From positions 20,460,001 to 20,524,000 of the forward strand of contig OZ024758.1 of the NCBI GenBank assembly GCA_964016885.1: DNA of 64,000 bases, read 5' to 3'. The position numbers and the translations under genes were made by a program. Shown here piece after piece: positions 12,116 through 25,590 of this stretch (position 1 is its first letter; each line of letters starts with the position of its first letter). Source of the stretch: Eledone cirrhosa (taxonomy: Eukaryota). The notes beneath the pieces are model-generated. The model was not told where the DNA came from. It was given only the letters and a program-made list of their open reading frames with translations, and did not search any database.

Positions 12116-12440
12116 TAAGAAACTAAAAATCGTTCCTTAGATGACCCAGAAAGGGTTTTAGAGCTAAGTTCACATCATACTTCATATATATATATATAAA
12201 ATATTATTTGTCTCTAAGACTTAGTCATCTCAATGAATGGATAGAATATTACTCAAAGATGTGATTTAACATTTGAAGATTTTGCCATAACTTTAACAAG
12301 TTATATATATATATATATATATATATGCGTAGAAATGTCCATGATTTCCAGCAGCTTCACAACAACTTCACACCTTATAAAATATTTACATATATATATG
12401 CAATATATATATATATATATATATGAGTGTGTGTGTGTGT

Positions 12441-12871
12441 GTAGAGGTTATATTTAATTTGTTGGGATACAACACGCAAAATATTTTTATAACTGATATA
12501 AAGCACTCAACAAATTATTGGAGTAAATATACAATATATTAACAAATGGAAAATATATTTATAAAACCATATTTATTTTATTATACATATTTCAAGGGAC
12601 ACCAAGGCAAAGTATGGTGCGGTTTCATCAGATAAAATATAATATAGGTTATTTTTATAAATAAATATTGACATACCCTGAACAAATGCAGGAGATTCCA
12701 ATCAAAATGGATGCATTTTTTCAGGGTATATCAATATTTATTTATAAAACTAACCTATATTATATTTTATCTGATGAAAGCGCACCATAGTTTGCATTGC
12801 TGGCCCTTGAAATATGTATAATGAAATAAATATTGTTTTATAAATATAGTTTCCATTTGTTAATATATTGT
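12441..12871. mobile_element. Family K fold-back element with HHRs at 12575-12638 (-) and 12764-12827 (+)
   Basis: Arms ~12528-12690 / 12711-12874. ATTTTAT CTGATGA ..CACCA..TGG..CCTT GAAA TATGTA TA AT(A/G)AAAT. Confidence 0.83.
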
Positions 12872-12935
12872 ATATATATATAAATATATATATATATAAT
12901 AGTAACGTACCGAAACCGCCACCGTAATTAATATA

Positions 12936-13125
12936 ATAATTCTTTCTACTTTAGGCACAAGGCCAGCAATTTCCCAGTGCATTACTGGTACTTTATTTTA
13001 TCGTCCCCGTAACGATGAAAGGCAACGTTAACCTCGGCGGGATTTGAACTCAGACCGTAAAGGAACGTAACTATGCTGGAAAGCATGGCGCCCGACTCTC
13101 TACTGATACTGCCAATCCACCGCCC
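12936..13125 (-). mobile_element. tRNA-derived SINE
   Basis: Reverse complement of the 6271 family. Confidence 0.87.
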
Positions 13126-13151
13126 TTAATTAATATAATAATAATTATAAT

Positions 13152-13425
13152 TAGTAGTAGTAGTAGTAGTAGTAACAGTAGTAGTAGCAGTAGTAGTAGC
13201 AGTAGTAGCAGCATAGTAGTAGTAGTAGCGGTGGTGATAGTGGTGGCGGCGGCGGTGGTGGTGTTAGTAGTAGTAGTAGTTTATAGTAGTATTAGTAGTA
13301 GTAGTAGTAGTTGTAGTAGTAGTAGTAGTGGTAGTGGTAGTAACAATAGTAGTGGCAGTAGCAGCTTTAGCTGTAGTAGTAGTAATTGTTGTTGTTCCTG
13401 TTGTTGTTACAGTAGTAATAGTACT
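13152..13425. repeat. Degenerate (TAG)n trinucleotide repeat
   Basis: Direct reading. Confidence 0.9.
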
Positions 13426-14651
13426 GTCATTAATATTACTGCTGCCCTTGTTTTTGCTACTGGTTTCGTTGCTGTTGATTTCAATACCACGTTTTCTTCA
13501 ATTTCATGCGAGGTTTTATTGCTAGTCTTTGTTCCTCAGGTGTTTGAAGCATTGTCTTTTGGGAGTGCAGTATTGCATTGCTTTCCATTGTTTTATAGTT
13601 TGTTTTGATGTTTCTAGCGTTCCTATTCCAGTGTTTCATCTGTTTCCTGTGTGAATATGCTATAAGAGTTGTGTTATTTTATTTGATATTGATTGCTTTG
13701 TGTATGTGTTGTGTGAGCTGCATTATAATACATTCTATTGTGTACAATATTTATATAGTTATTTGAATTGTTGTTTGTGTATGCATTTCATTGTTTCCAC
13801 TATGTTAAATATGTTTTGTGGTATTTTATTGGGTAGTCGTATTGGACGGAATTCAGTGTCTAGCTGTCTTTACTTAATTGAATGGTGATTATCAAGATTT
13901 GTTTTATCGGTGGTGTGCAGAAAGCATGTTGAATATATTGTCCTTCTGAACGTATTGTGACTTAGTCGGCCATATGACGTACGAGAGACATGTCTTGGAA
14001 ATGCGAGTAAATAGTAGTAGCTATCAACTTCCTTTGTAGGATTTTTACCAATGTCCATGTGTATCGTAGAAACTAATCCAATTATTAGTGTCAAGTCGAA
14101 TTCCCCTTGATACTACATCTTTCAAATGGATTCAAAATATGTAATATATAGGTCAACCATATGTCGTATATCTTGATTCATATTTCCAATCCCATTCTGT
14201 AGCTTTTAAATTCTCTACGAATTTCGCCAATTATCCTTGGTCATCACACACACTACCCCTATTTTTAGTATAAATTCTAATTCAATCGTATACAACTACA
14301 TTCAGTTGTAAGGAAAATATGTAATATAAAGGTCTACCAAACTTCATATAACCGTGTTCATGTTTTCGGTCCTATTTTGTTCAACGGAACTGGACAGGCA
14401 CGAATCAGATTATTGTATTGACTTATCGACTTCAGAATTTTTACGTCGAATTACTGGCACATTATCCAATGGAAATAATTGCTAACTCAGTCATGTTTGT
14501 GGATAGACGCCTGTTTGCATAGCATGGAAAACTAGACATGATGTGGCCAACAAATACAAGGATTAAATAATTTAGAAATGTTCTCACTAGCGAGAAACTA
14601 CATTAGATATGTTTGTTTTCAGTTTTGTCATAAATCAATGACACATTACGT

Positions 14652-14872
14652 AATAATTGTTTTTACTTTAGGCACAAGGCCAGTATGTGAAGGGGAGGGA
14701 AAATCGATGTTATCGGCCCCAGCATGTTAATGGTATTTTAATTTATTGATCCCGTAAGGATGAAAGGCAAAGCTAACCTCGCTAGGATATGAACTGAGAA
14801 CATGAAGGGCCGTAACTCTTTGGAGCGAATCAGGGTGTCCGACGCTCTACCGATACTGCCAATCAACTGCCC
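14652..14872 (-). mobile_element. tRNA-derived SINE
   Basis: Same core and A/B boxes. Confidence 0.83.
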
Positions 14873-15233
14873 TCACAATGTTCAGTAATAACAAAGAAAA
14901 ATTTGACTCCTTTATTTGACTCCTTTATATGATTTCAGAAGTATCCTTTCTTATCTCTCTAGACAAGGAACAGTAACATTTCAGAATAAAGTAGACATTT
15001 AAACGAGTTTAACGTCATTTCATAAGATTTACCTTTCTGACAATGACTTCGTTCCTGGTACAAACAAATTCTTCCTAGGGAGTTACGAACCTAATACAGC
15101 GGAGGGTTTATGAAAGTGGAATTCGCATAAATTGGGTAAACTAACTTTTATTTTTATTTTTATTCATCTTTACTAAGGGAATGCATAAATATGTATTCAT
15201 ACAAACACACAAATATACATATATATGTATATA

Positions 15234-15478
15234 GTAATAATAATAAATTTGAAGACTAAAATACAAAGAGGGCTCGATAGGGATAAATATATATCAGATA
15301 TATAAGAACTGTAGAGCAAATATTTATTAAAATAACAGATTACAGTTTAAGCAAAGAATCGCTGCTTTCACCCTTAACGGGATCTTCTGATCTTCTCAAG
15401 ATCCCGTTAAGGGTGAAAGCACTGATTCTTTGCTTAAATTTTAATCTGTTATTTTAATAAATATACATGTATATATAC

Positions 15479-15521
<43 letters not shown>

Positions 15522-15581
15522 CCGTTAAGGGTGAAAGCACCGATTCTTTGCTTAAACTTTAATCTGTTATTTTAATAAATA
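15234..15581. mobile_element. Family D fold-back element (arms 15320-15387 / 15398-15464) plus local duplication 15521-15605
   Basis: CACCCTTAACGGGATCTT..AAGATCCCGTTAAGGGTGAAAGC; matches 36719-36934. Confidence 0.85.
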
Positions 15582-15639
15582 TACATGTATATATACATTT
15601 ATTTATATATATATATATATAAAAATATATGTGCGTATA

Positions 15640-15692
<53 letters not shown>

Positions 15693-16816
15693 ACGTGCAT
15701 GTGTGTGTATGTGTGGGTGTGGGTGTGTCTGAATCCCGCGTATAAATTGGGGAAACCACAGCACGTCAGGTACTCAATATATTAGTAGAGTGTTTCAGGA
15801 GAGACCTGATAGGTTCAAGTCCTGTAGAACCCATTTCTATATTTAACACGATATGAATAAATATAAATTTTAGCCCGGGTTCAGTAAGTAAGGTACTCAA
15901 TACAAAGCAAAGTATAAATATATATATATACATGTGTTGCGTAGAACTGTTGAGCTTAATGCTCTGCATATTTTGTTGACCAACACTATGTCAATTAATT
16001 ATTTTAATGACTTAATTCGCAAAATATGTTATAATAGATAATTACGATATATGATATTAGGGCCTAATGAACATTCTTTAAAATATATCATGAAGACATT
16101 TCGTGTTAATGTTTGAGTGAAACCTTAATTGTATATCTGTAGCATTTGCGTTTTTCTATGTAATATATGACGTAGATCGTTCAATTACAGATTACATTCT
16201 TTACATATATATAAAACATATTTTAATTTTCATGCATATCTCTTACGAGATAATATGGTGGTTTTAATAAATGTTTCTCTCTCATACTTAATTTAGTGCA
16301 ACACATATTTCATTAAAAGTAACATATTACTTGTCATTTCTCATATTAATTGGCTATTCTTCTGGTACAAACATTATGATGCTTATTTAAAGTTATTTAA
16401 CATATACAACACAGTTTTGTTTATTTTAGCTCCATTGTCTATAAATTAGTATTTGCCTGTCAAAATTATGGTTTTAGCAGCGACGTGTCTTTTTTTAAAA
16501 TTCGCCATCATTTCAAGTATGAATATCTCTCTCTTTGTGGCAGTTACATGTCTATTGCATAGATAAATACTATTATACATTGTTTTAGTAAATTTACAAT
16601 TAACATTTCCCAGATTAATTTTAAAAGAAACCTATCATCAACTGCCATTTTCATTAGTTTCTAACCCAGTTCATTTCTGTCACTACAATATATATGTTTA
16701 GTACAATGAGTAAATGAATAATTATTCAATTTATATAACATTTCATCTGTAATATGTATTACTCTAACATTAGCTTAGCAGAAGAAGAAATGTGCTGACA
16801 TTTTCCTTAAATGTCC

Positions 16817-16881
<65 letters not shown>

Positions 16882-17025
16882 GCACAAACATAATTGTGTA
16901 TATATAATTATTAAGGCCGGTTACTACAACAGCGCCATACCAGGTACCTAGTAAGTTCCGCTAGCGCTGAAGTCCACATTTCTTAACAAGTACCGATGAA
17001 TACATACACACACACACACACACAG

Positions 17026-17075
<50 letters not shown>

Positions 17076-17235
17076 GAAACTGTATGAAAAAGAACACAGG
17101 AGGCATTTTACGCAATTATATTAGATTCACGCTTGGTGGAAGTGAGGGGGGTTTCAACGTTTCAGACATTATGTCCTTCGTCAGAAATGTCCCGATGGGG
17201 GCGAACAGGAATTTTTTTAGGATATATTTTCCATT

Positions 17236-17421
17236 GATTTGGTAGAATCGGTTGAGGGTCGGACGCCATGCTTTGCAGCATATAGTTCGATACCATGACA
17301 GTACGACTTCAAATACCGCCGAGTTTAACATTGCTTTTCATACTCACGAAATCGATAAAATAAAGCACCAGTAATGTACTGGAATAATTGCTTGCCTTGT
17401 GCCAAAAGTAGAAATAATTAT
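17236..17421 (+). mobile_element. tRNA-derived SINE (diverged)
   Basis: Same family core and tail. Confidence 0.78.
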
Positions 17422-18245
17422 TTGACATGACTCTTAATTGAATGTTAAAACTGAAGCAAATGAATCGTGTCGATTTAAGAAAGCGATTTCACGCCCACAT
17501 TCCATGCTATATACGAGTGTACTCTAATGCATAATTTCTCAATATAAACTAAGATGTCAAAACTTTTCGTCACGCATCTACGATTTGGTATCTTTCGTTC
17601 TCTATCCTTCACTTTCTATCTTGCTCTTTCTTATTGTCTACAGGCACATAACAAAAACAGTAACTCACACTCAGAAATGTATGCGCATATACATTGGTAT
17701 ATACACACGTGTGTTAGTTACCGAGTTATTTCCTTTATCTTGTCTGTCTCTATATGAGTTTGATTACATCACCAGGTGCACTTCGTTTTTATCAGCTGAG
17801 ATCGCTAATGAGATTGCTGCGGAAAGAGACCATGCATGAAATTCATTGCTTCTCTCTTCCTGCTCTTTGTCTTTCTCTTGTTTACGCTTTCTTCATTGTT
17901 ATATTGTTTTTGAATTTAAAATGTTTCCTTGTTTTTTGGGTTTTTTTCGCTTTTTGTTATTTTTTTGTCGAAATTTCATTTTCGCTGACTAGATATCATC
18001 TATCCTGGCAATTATATATATACACAGACACTAACACTAACACATATACATACACTCACATACATACACATACATACGCATATGCCTGCACAACCATACA
18101 TATATAAACACAGACACTGCACACCAATATACACACTATATATATATATATATATATATATGAATACGCATATGCGTACACAATCACGAAATTATATAAT
18201 TGCACAGCCATTCATCAAGACACACTGACACTGCCTACTGACACG

Positions 18246-18277
<32 letters not shown>

Positions 18278-18522
18278 AGCATACACATGAACAGAATTAT
18301 ATACATGCACAGTCATACACCGACGCTATCTGCTAACGCATATATTCATGTATACATATATATATATGCACCTACACAAATTTAATTGGAGGTGTATGCA
18401 TACTCATACGTATAAACAGTCAAAAGTTAATTTCATGAACATCGGATTAAAATAGTAAAGTGTTCATACTTGCCGGCGAAAACTGAGTATCACTGATCTT
18501 TCGTTTTATATTATATTATATA

Positions 18523-18566
<44 letters not shown>

Positions 18567-18609
18567 CTAAAACATAAGTCAATTGCAAGAACTCATAATC
18601 CTTTATTTA

Positions 18610-18663
18610 CTGCTATATATATCTCGATGATAGCCATTGAATGGCGATGACCTCATCAGGCAG
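18610..18663 (-). ncRNA. Family B-like hammerhead (GAAA mutated to GAGA) in TA-flanked element 18562-18728
   Basis: CTGC CTGATGA GGTCATCGCCA-TTCAA-TGGCTATCATC GAGA TATATA TA GCAG. Confidence 0.72.
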
Positions 18664-18727
18664 ATAGTCTGTTCTTAGATATGCCAGCTCTGTGTTTATA
18701 GTGTTGATAGTATCAGATCTTTGAGAC

Positions 18728-18837
<110 letters not shown>

Positions 18838-18896
18838 ATATATATGCATATATATATATATGTATATATATATGTATATATATATGTATGTATATA

Positions 18897-19025
<129 letters not shown>

Positions 19026-19035
19026 ATATATATAT

Positions 19036-19328
19036 AAAACGAAAAATCAGTGATTCATCTGGACTCAGTTTATTGTGTGTTACAAGTGATTCGCCGGCAG
19101 TTAGCTCGAGGCAGGATCATTGTATGGATCTGTCTGATTCTATATCTGCAGGTTCTTCGGACACATGCAATACTTTCGGAGCATATTTTCTCACTCATTA
19201 ATGAGAAAATTTGAACCTGTAGATATAGAATCAAACAGATCCGTACAATGATGCTGCCTCGTGCTAACTGCCCGCGAAACACACAATAAACTGAGTCCAG
19301 ATGCATCACTGATTTTTCGTTTTATATT
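19036..19328. mobile_element. Family E fold-back element (arms ~19036-19155 / 19214-19325); fragments ~18470-18510 and 21430-21515
   Basis: AAAACGAAAAATCAGTGA.. / ..TCACTGATTTTTCGTTTT in TA; HHR-like 3' half GGC GAAA CATTTG TA in the 21430 copy. Confidence 0.8.
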
Positions 19329-19336
19329 ATATAAAG

Positions 19337-19405
<69 letters not shown>

Positions 19406-19886
19406 GATATACAACAATGTTGTATTTATCTGATACGTTACATTGCGATAATTATCTTACTCGTAATTGGGTAATACATAATATTAACCTTATCTTATTC
19501 ATATATATATTATATGTGTCTTAGATTCTTATATCATCATTTTATAGATTACCTTGTACGCTGTTATATATATTGCAGTGTTAACTGTTACATAATTGAT
19601 TTGACTCCATGAGGCAGCTATTGTGTATTTATTTGTTAAACGTGTGATATATCAGGTTCAAGGTTTGATATTACTCACCCAACGACCAGCTGAAGTAAGG
19701 ATGTGTATAAGACTCTCCAGCAAACATCACTTTGTGTAATATGTTCATACATAGCTACTGGTTGATATTTACGCATAAAACACGCCGCGGCTTATCAGTC
19801 TATACATTTTAAATGTAATTGTACTACAGCTATCTCTCGCTCTCATCCTTGTCTCTTTTAGTCTCTCCCTCTCTTTATACATATAC

Positions 19887-19917
<31 letters not shown>

Positions 19918-20035
19918 CACACCCACAGATAGACAGACACACACAAATATATATATATATATACACACACACACATGGTATATATTCACGCATACTTTCA
20001 GACACACACACACAAACACACACACACACACACAG

Positions 20036-20105
<70 letters not shown>

Positions 20106-20721
20106 TGTGTATGCGTGTACTTGTGTAATATTCACCTTCACACACACGTGCATTCATTTGACGAATGTGAATTAGTTTGTAAGATATATGGGAAATAAGA
20201 GTGTAGCGGCATGGTAATAAACGTAATGATAAGATACGACGCAGCGCTCCATAAAGTAACATCAATTTAACATTTATTAAACTTACAATCTAACACTTCC
20301 TAATGAGTTGATATTCACCTCTCACCTATATCCCATCATCTTCATGACCTTATAGAGAATTAATAGTTCTGATCTCATTACTCATTTTTACTTAATATAT
20401 ATCATTTGTGCGTGAATTGATGATTGATAATCGTTAATAAATGTTGAGGAAAGTATATGATCAATATTGTTGGCTTAACAAATTAATTACCGTAATGATA
20501 TACATATCATTGTGACAAACTAAGACTTTGGAAAACACACTAGTTTTTTTATGTAAATACTAGCGGTACTAATGAGGTGTATCCATATATTTCAAGAGAG
20601 ATATCTCCTTAATGAGATTAACAAACCCGTTCACGCTCACATACATACACACACACGTAGATATTGCATTCAAACTAACATATAGAATGATACAAATGAA
20701 CTCACACAACCATTCGGACAT

Positions 20722-20763
<42 letters not shown>

Positions 20764-20766
<3 letters not shown>

Positions 20767-21373
20767 TGGCTGCCAACTCGTTTTCGAGTACGGCCACTAC
20801 TTTATATCCATGTAGGAGAACCCCTACTGATGCGCTGAACGAGTGTGACTTTTTAGTCCAGCCAGCGACTTGAAAGCTCTGGTACAAACACTACACCTGT
20901 GACAACCATTGACACATAGTGCTGGGCCCATGGTACCATGTGACGACAAATGCAGAGAGATCTCCAGATATAAAGCAATGCCTGTGCCGTGAAGCTTTTA
21001 TAGTGAGCAAAGGCACTGCACAAAGCCAGTCCCACTCTCTTAACCAAGATGATATTTACCAAAAAGAAGAACAAGTCAACATCATTGGATACCATCAGGG
21101 TTGCAGGTGTTATATCAGAGTTTTCCTTCTCCTAGAATTCTGCCTTGACAAAGGCTAAGGGGTCATCTCTCCCGGTGATTTTGGATGGCCATTGACTCTT
21201 AAGAGCTCCTTTGCCTTTTGACAGGTTTTGTTTTTAGTCCTGCAGGATGTCCAAAGTCACCCTCCTCACCAAGAAACCTTGGTGGGGTTGCCAGTTTAGT
21301 CGCCAACGACCCGACCATGGGACAGGTTGTACTGGAATACATGTTACCAGTAGCACCAACTGGTGACCTGACA
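20764..21373 (-). mobile_element. ~610-bp non-coding element, family F (RTE-5'UTR-like), in (TA)n
   Basis: Near-identical inverted copy at 60711-61318 with the same ends. AGGAGAAGGAAAACTCTGA resembles RTE-clade 5' UTRs (from recall, unverified). Confidence 0.8.
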
Positions 21374-21376
21374 TAA

Positions 21377-21411
<35 letters not shown>

Positions 21412-21535
21412 ATGCATATATTATAAAGGAAACGAAAAATCAGTGACGCATCCGGACTTTATTTCGTGTTACAAATGTTTCGCCTAGTGCTAATTTTGAC
21501 GGAGGCACCATAGCTACCACTATACATACACACAC

Positions 21536-21603
<68 letters not shown>

Positions 21604-21677
21604 ATGTATATTTATATATGATTCATATATATATGATACATATATATTTGTATAAATGTATATATATATATATATAT

Positions 21678-21752
<75 letters not shown>

Positions 21753-21802
21753 CTTTGTGGTTGTGTATTTGTTAGTGGTTGTGTATATGTATTTGTATAA
21801 TC

Positions 21803-21837
<35 letters not shown>

Positions 21838-22101
21838 GATATGTATATCAAAATGAAGATCTGGAGGCATGGTATAAATGTGCAATCATTTTAATCAGGA
21901 CACATGTTTCAATAAGAGATAGATCGAGTATCACTGATCTCGGCAGGTGAAAAAGAATTGTCTTCAAATATTTGATACGAGGGAGAAAATTAACGATGTT
22001 CACTCACAGAGTTAGTGCTTCATATGAAGTTCAAGCAGTCAAAACACGGCGACTGCTATCGTCTTCAGTTAGGGTCAGAGAACTATCAAGTCTTTATCTC
22101 C

Positions 22102-22430
22102 CAATAGCTGTAAAAGACGCTGGACATCAATCAAATCCGTAGAATTACAGTCGGTCACAGTTAATGTGAGTGGGTACACACACACTCACACCCACCGACG
22201 CGAGGTCAAAGAAAAAGAAAAGTGCGTACCCACTCACATTAACTGTCACCGACTGTAATTCTACATATTTGATTGACGTCCAGCGTCTTTTATAGCTATT
22301 GTCGAAAATAATTATAAAATATTTTGTAATTTATCTGATGATAGCGTACCAACATGTTTGGTACCCATGAAATATATATAATAGAATAAATATGGTTGTA
22401 TATATATACTTTCCATTTATTTAATATCAT

Positions 22431-22432
<2 letters not shown>
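22102..22432. mobile_element. Hairpin (22102-22177 / 22226-22301) followed by family K-type HHR 22330-22385 (+)
   Basis: TTTAT CTGATGA TAGC GTACCAA-CATGT-TTGGTAC CCAT GAAA TATATA TA ATAGA. Confidence 0.75.
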
Positions 22433-22490
<58 letters not shown>

Positions 22491-22493
<3 letters not shown>

Positions 22494-23064
22494 CGTTTCT
22501 GAATTTGTTTAGCAGGATTCTTTATCTGAAATCGTGTGTTGAAACCGATAGTGTTATACTTTGGGAGGGTCATGTTGCCACGTTACAGAGGCAATAAACA
22601 TAAAAGAATTACAACCAAAATTAAAATAGAAAATATGAGTGGAACAGCAACATCACAACTTACAATTAATGACAAAATGAAAACACACACACACATAGAA
22701 CAAACAACCAACCAGTAACATGTAAATAAACAAATAAATAAATGAACATAAACACACACAGACACCCGGATGTGGCGCATGCGCAGACTGTGCACACAAC
22801 ACACACACAGAAACAAAATGGCGTAGGACAGAACAAAGGAGAGGCACAGAAAGAAAGAAAGGAATCCCCAGTCACTGAAGAGGTCACAGAGTGTGTGGCG
22901 AAAGAACTATGACTATATATAAACAACTATCTGGTTGTGGAACCAACCAACCAACCAGAAATTTATAAATTAATAAATTTATAAATTTATAAATATATAA
23001 TAAATTGAAGTGAAAGCAACTGGTGCGTGTGTTTCTTATTGGCAACATGACCCTCCCAAAGTAT

Positions 23065-23069
<5 letters not shown>
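22491..23069. mobile_element. Family A element: inverted long end (22491-22580) + forward copy with HHR 22870-22914 (+)
   Basis: Ends TTTCGTTTCTGAA and CCCAAAGTATAACAA in (TA)n. Confidence 0.88.
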
Positions 23070-23105
<36 letters not shown>

Positions 23106-23562
23106 ATGCGTGTGTGTATATGTCACGTTCACTCTACAGGAATAAGCAATGCCTATGGACTTCACAAACTCTCTGATACCGGTTTGATTGATGTCTTTGA
23201 TATTTGTTTAAAACTTTACAGGCTGTCTGTAGGAACGATATGAGAGAGGCTAGAATTCAAGACAGTCTTTGTTCTATGGAAGAAAGACTAAGATTAAGAA
23301 TACATATCAAGCCTGTAGACTGACAATAATTTCGGTGATGACAGATGTGGCTATGAGTGTGTAAGGGCGTCTTCTAAGTCTAACTCACTGGGTACCTTCT
23401 GTCATGTCAACTATATGACATCACAGGGGGAGCAGCGACTAGGTGCCATCTGAAGTGTATCCCCGATTGTAGATATACCTTTCTCTTGACATATCACTTA
23501 GTTTGGTGTCGGAAATATAGTGTTAACTTATTTAATTATGGCAGGCTCTTCTTTTATTTTGT

Positions 23563-23595
<33 letters not shown>

Positions 23596-23639
23596 AGTTT
23601 CACCTTTTTACATATAATTGTGTCGTTAAGTTACTGACT

Positions 23640-24050
23640 TCGTTGACGATTGAGAGATCAGTTTGCTTCTCCCAACGTTATGTTCTCTATATTTGTTTAC
23701 CCTATTCTTTGTTTGAGAATGTATATTCCTAGATCTAAGTGAGAATAACCAAGGTTCTCGACGTTTCTGTTTAATGTTGTGGCTTCCGCATATGTCATTT
23801 CATTTAATATTCTTATATTGAAGTTTGTGATATGTTTTCATTAAATCTGAGAATGTCAGACCAGAGGTATTTTTTTAAAAGCATTGTCGTTTTATCGTTT
23901 AATCTCCTCCTCCGAAGAAGAAACCTTTGTCGGATCATCAGGAAGTATGTAGCGTTAGGTCTTAATTGCTTTCACATGTAGTTCACAGTGTTCTGCATTA
24001 AAGATTCTGCTTATTCCCTTTTATATTTGTTTGGGTTTTCTGGTTTATTT
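23640..24050 (-). pseudogene. Possible heavily decayed GIY-YIG remnant
   Basis: Broken-frame resemblance to the CxxC/YIG region only; no clean ORF. Confidence 0.25.
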
Positions 24051-24303
24051 AGCATTGATCAATATTCCGTTAGGTGTACTAGTGAACTGTATTGTAACTT
24101 TGTTATTTCCCCTCGTTTTCTGTGTTAAACATTACTTCATGATATACGTTATAGTTATCTTTTTTTTTATTTAAACGTTCGTATAAAGCTAGTAAACCAT
24201 AACGAACTAGAGTAAGTATCGAATACTCCTTACGATTGGTAATAAAAAGAGCAAGGGAGAAATGTAGTAAGAAAAAATGAATCAAAATAGGGAAAACAAT
24301 AAA

Positions 24304-24700
24304 ATAATTGTTTCTACATTTGGCACAATGCCAGCAATTACTTAGTACACAACTGGTACTTTATGTTATCCTCCCCGTATGGATGAAAGGCAAAGTTAAC
24401 CTCGGCGGGATTTGAACTCAGATCGTAAAGGGACGTAACTATGCTGGAAAGCATGTCCGACCCTCTTCCAATACTGCCAATTCACCAGGGAAGAAATAAA
24501 ATATTGGTTTCTAATATAGGCACAAGGCGAGTAATTTTGGAGACGGGAAAGTCGATTAAATCGACCCCAGTGCGTGACTGATACTTTATTTTATCGACCC
24601 TGTAATGATGATAGGCAAAGTTAACCTCGGCAGGATTTGAACTCAGATCATAAGAGGGCGTAACTCTATGCTGCAAAGCATGGCGTCTGACCAATCCACC
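24304..24700 (-). mobile_element. Two tandem tRNA-derived SINEs (24304-24487, 24503-24700)
   Basis: GGCAAAGTTAACCTCGGC.GGATTTGAACTCAG occurs twice. Confidence 0.86.
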
Positions 24701-25492
24701 AAAATAAAATGTATATGTGGTTGTTTTCTGCTTGTCACTTGTGCTTCCAAGATGTATTATATCTTTTAAGTATGTTCCTTTGATACCACATAGATTACGG
24801 CATTTAGAGAGTGCATTCACAATCTAGCTGCATGGTAAGATTTGACCCTACAAATACAAACTCTACGATTATCTCTTATTGTAATACGAAGATACAATTA
24901 TAGTTTCACGTATGTATACACGTATCTATTTAAAGATTATATCTATAGAAATTACATTTCTCTCTATATATATCCACGCCTTTTCTGGATTATTTGCGAA
25001 AATTGATGAGTAAATCCGGTTCGGTGTTTAGACAGTCATTATTTTCCGTTTTCCCTCGTGTATTCAATAATTTATTTCTGGTAAGGTCGATATTTATATC
25101 AATTTCCGCACTATGTATGTATTTGATTCAAATTTGTGCATTCACTTTTTGTTAATATAGGGGTGAATTATGCAGACTTTATTATTGTTTTATCGTTGGG
25201 CGGTGGAATTGAACTTGTGTTGATATGCAATATGCTCTGCTGGTTTGTTTACATATAATATCCGATCACTAACCACTAAGATTAATTGTAATAAGTTTCA
25301 TTATATATATTAATAATCATCGCATGTTAAAACTATTACATACATATTTATCTTTCATAATTTTCTTCTTCAACTTTCAACTGGTTTTGTTTCTTTGCTA
25401 TTAAATTGTTGCCATAGGATATTTTTTAAAGCAACAAGCAGGCCGTGATGCAATTATTGTTAGTATCATTATTGTTATTGATGGTGTTGTTG

Positions 25493-25496
<4 letters not shown>

Positions 25497-25590
<94 letters not shown>
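25497..25590. repeat. (ATT)n microsatellite
   Basis: Direct reading. Confidence 0.95.

Noticed and set aside
13231-13608. Ser/Val-rich 125-aa ORF
   Set aside because: Derived from the (TAG)n repeat.
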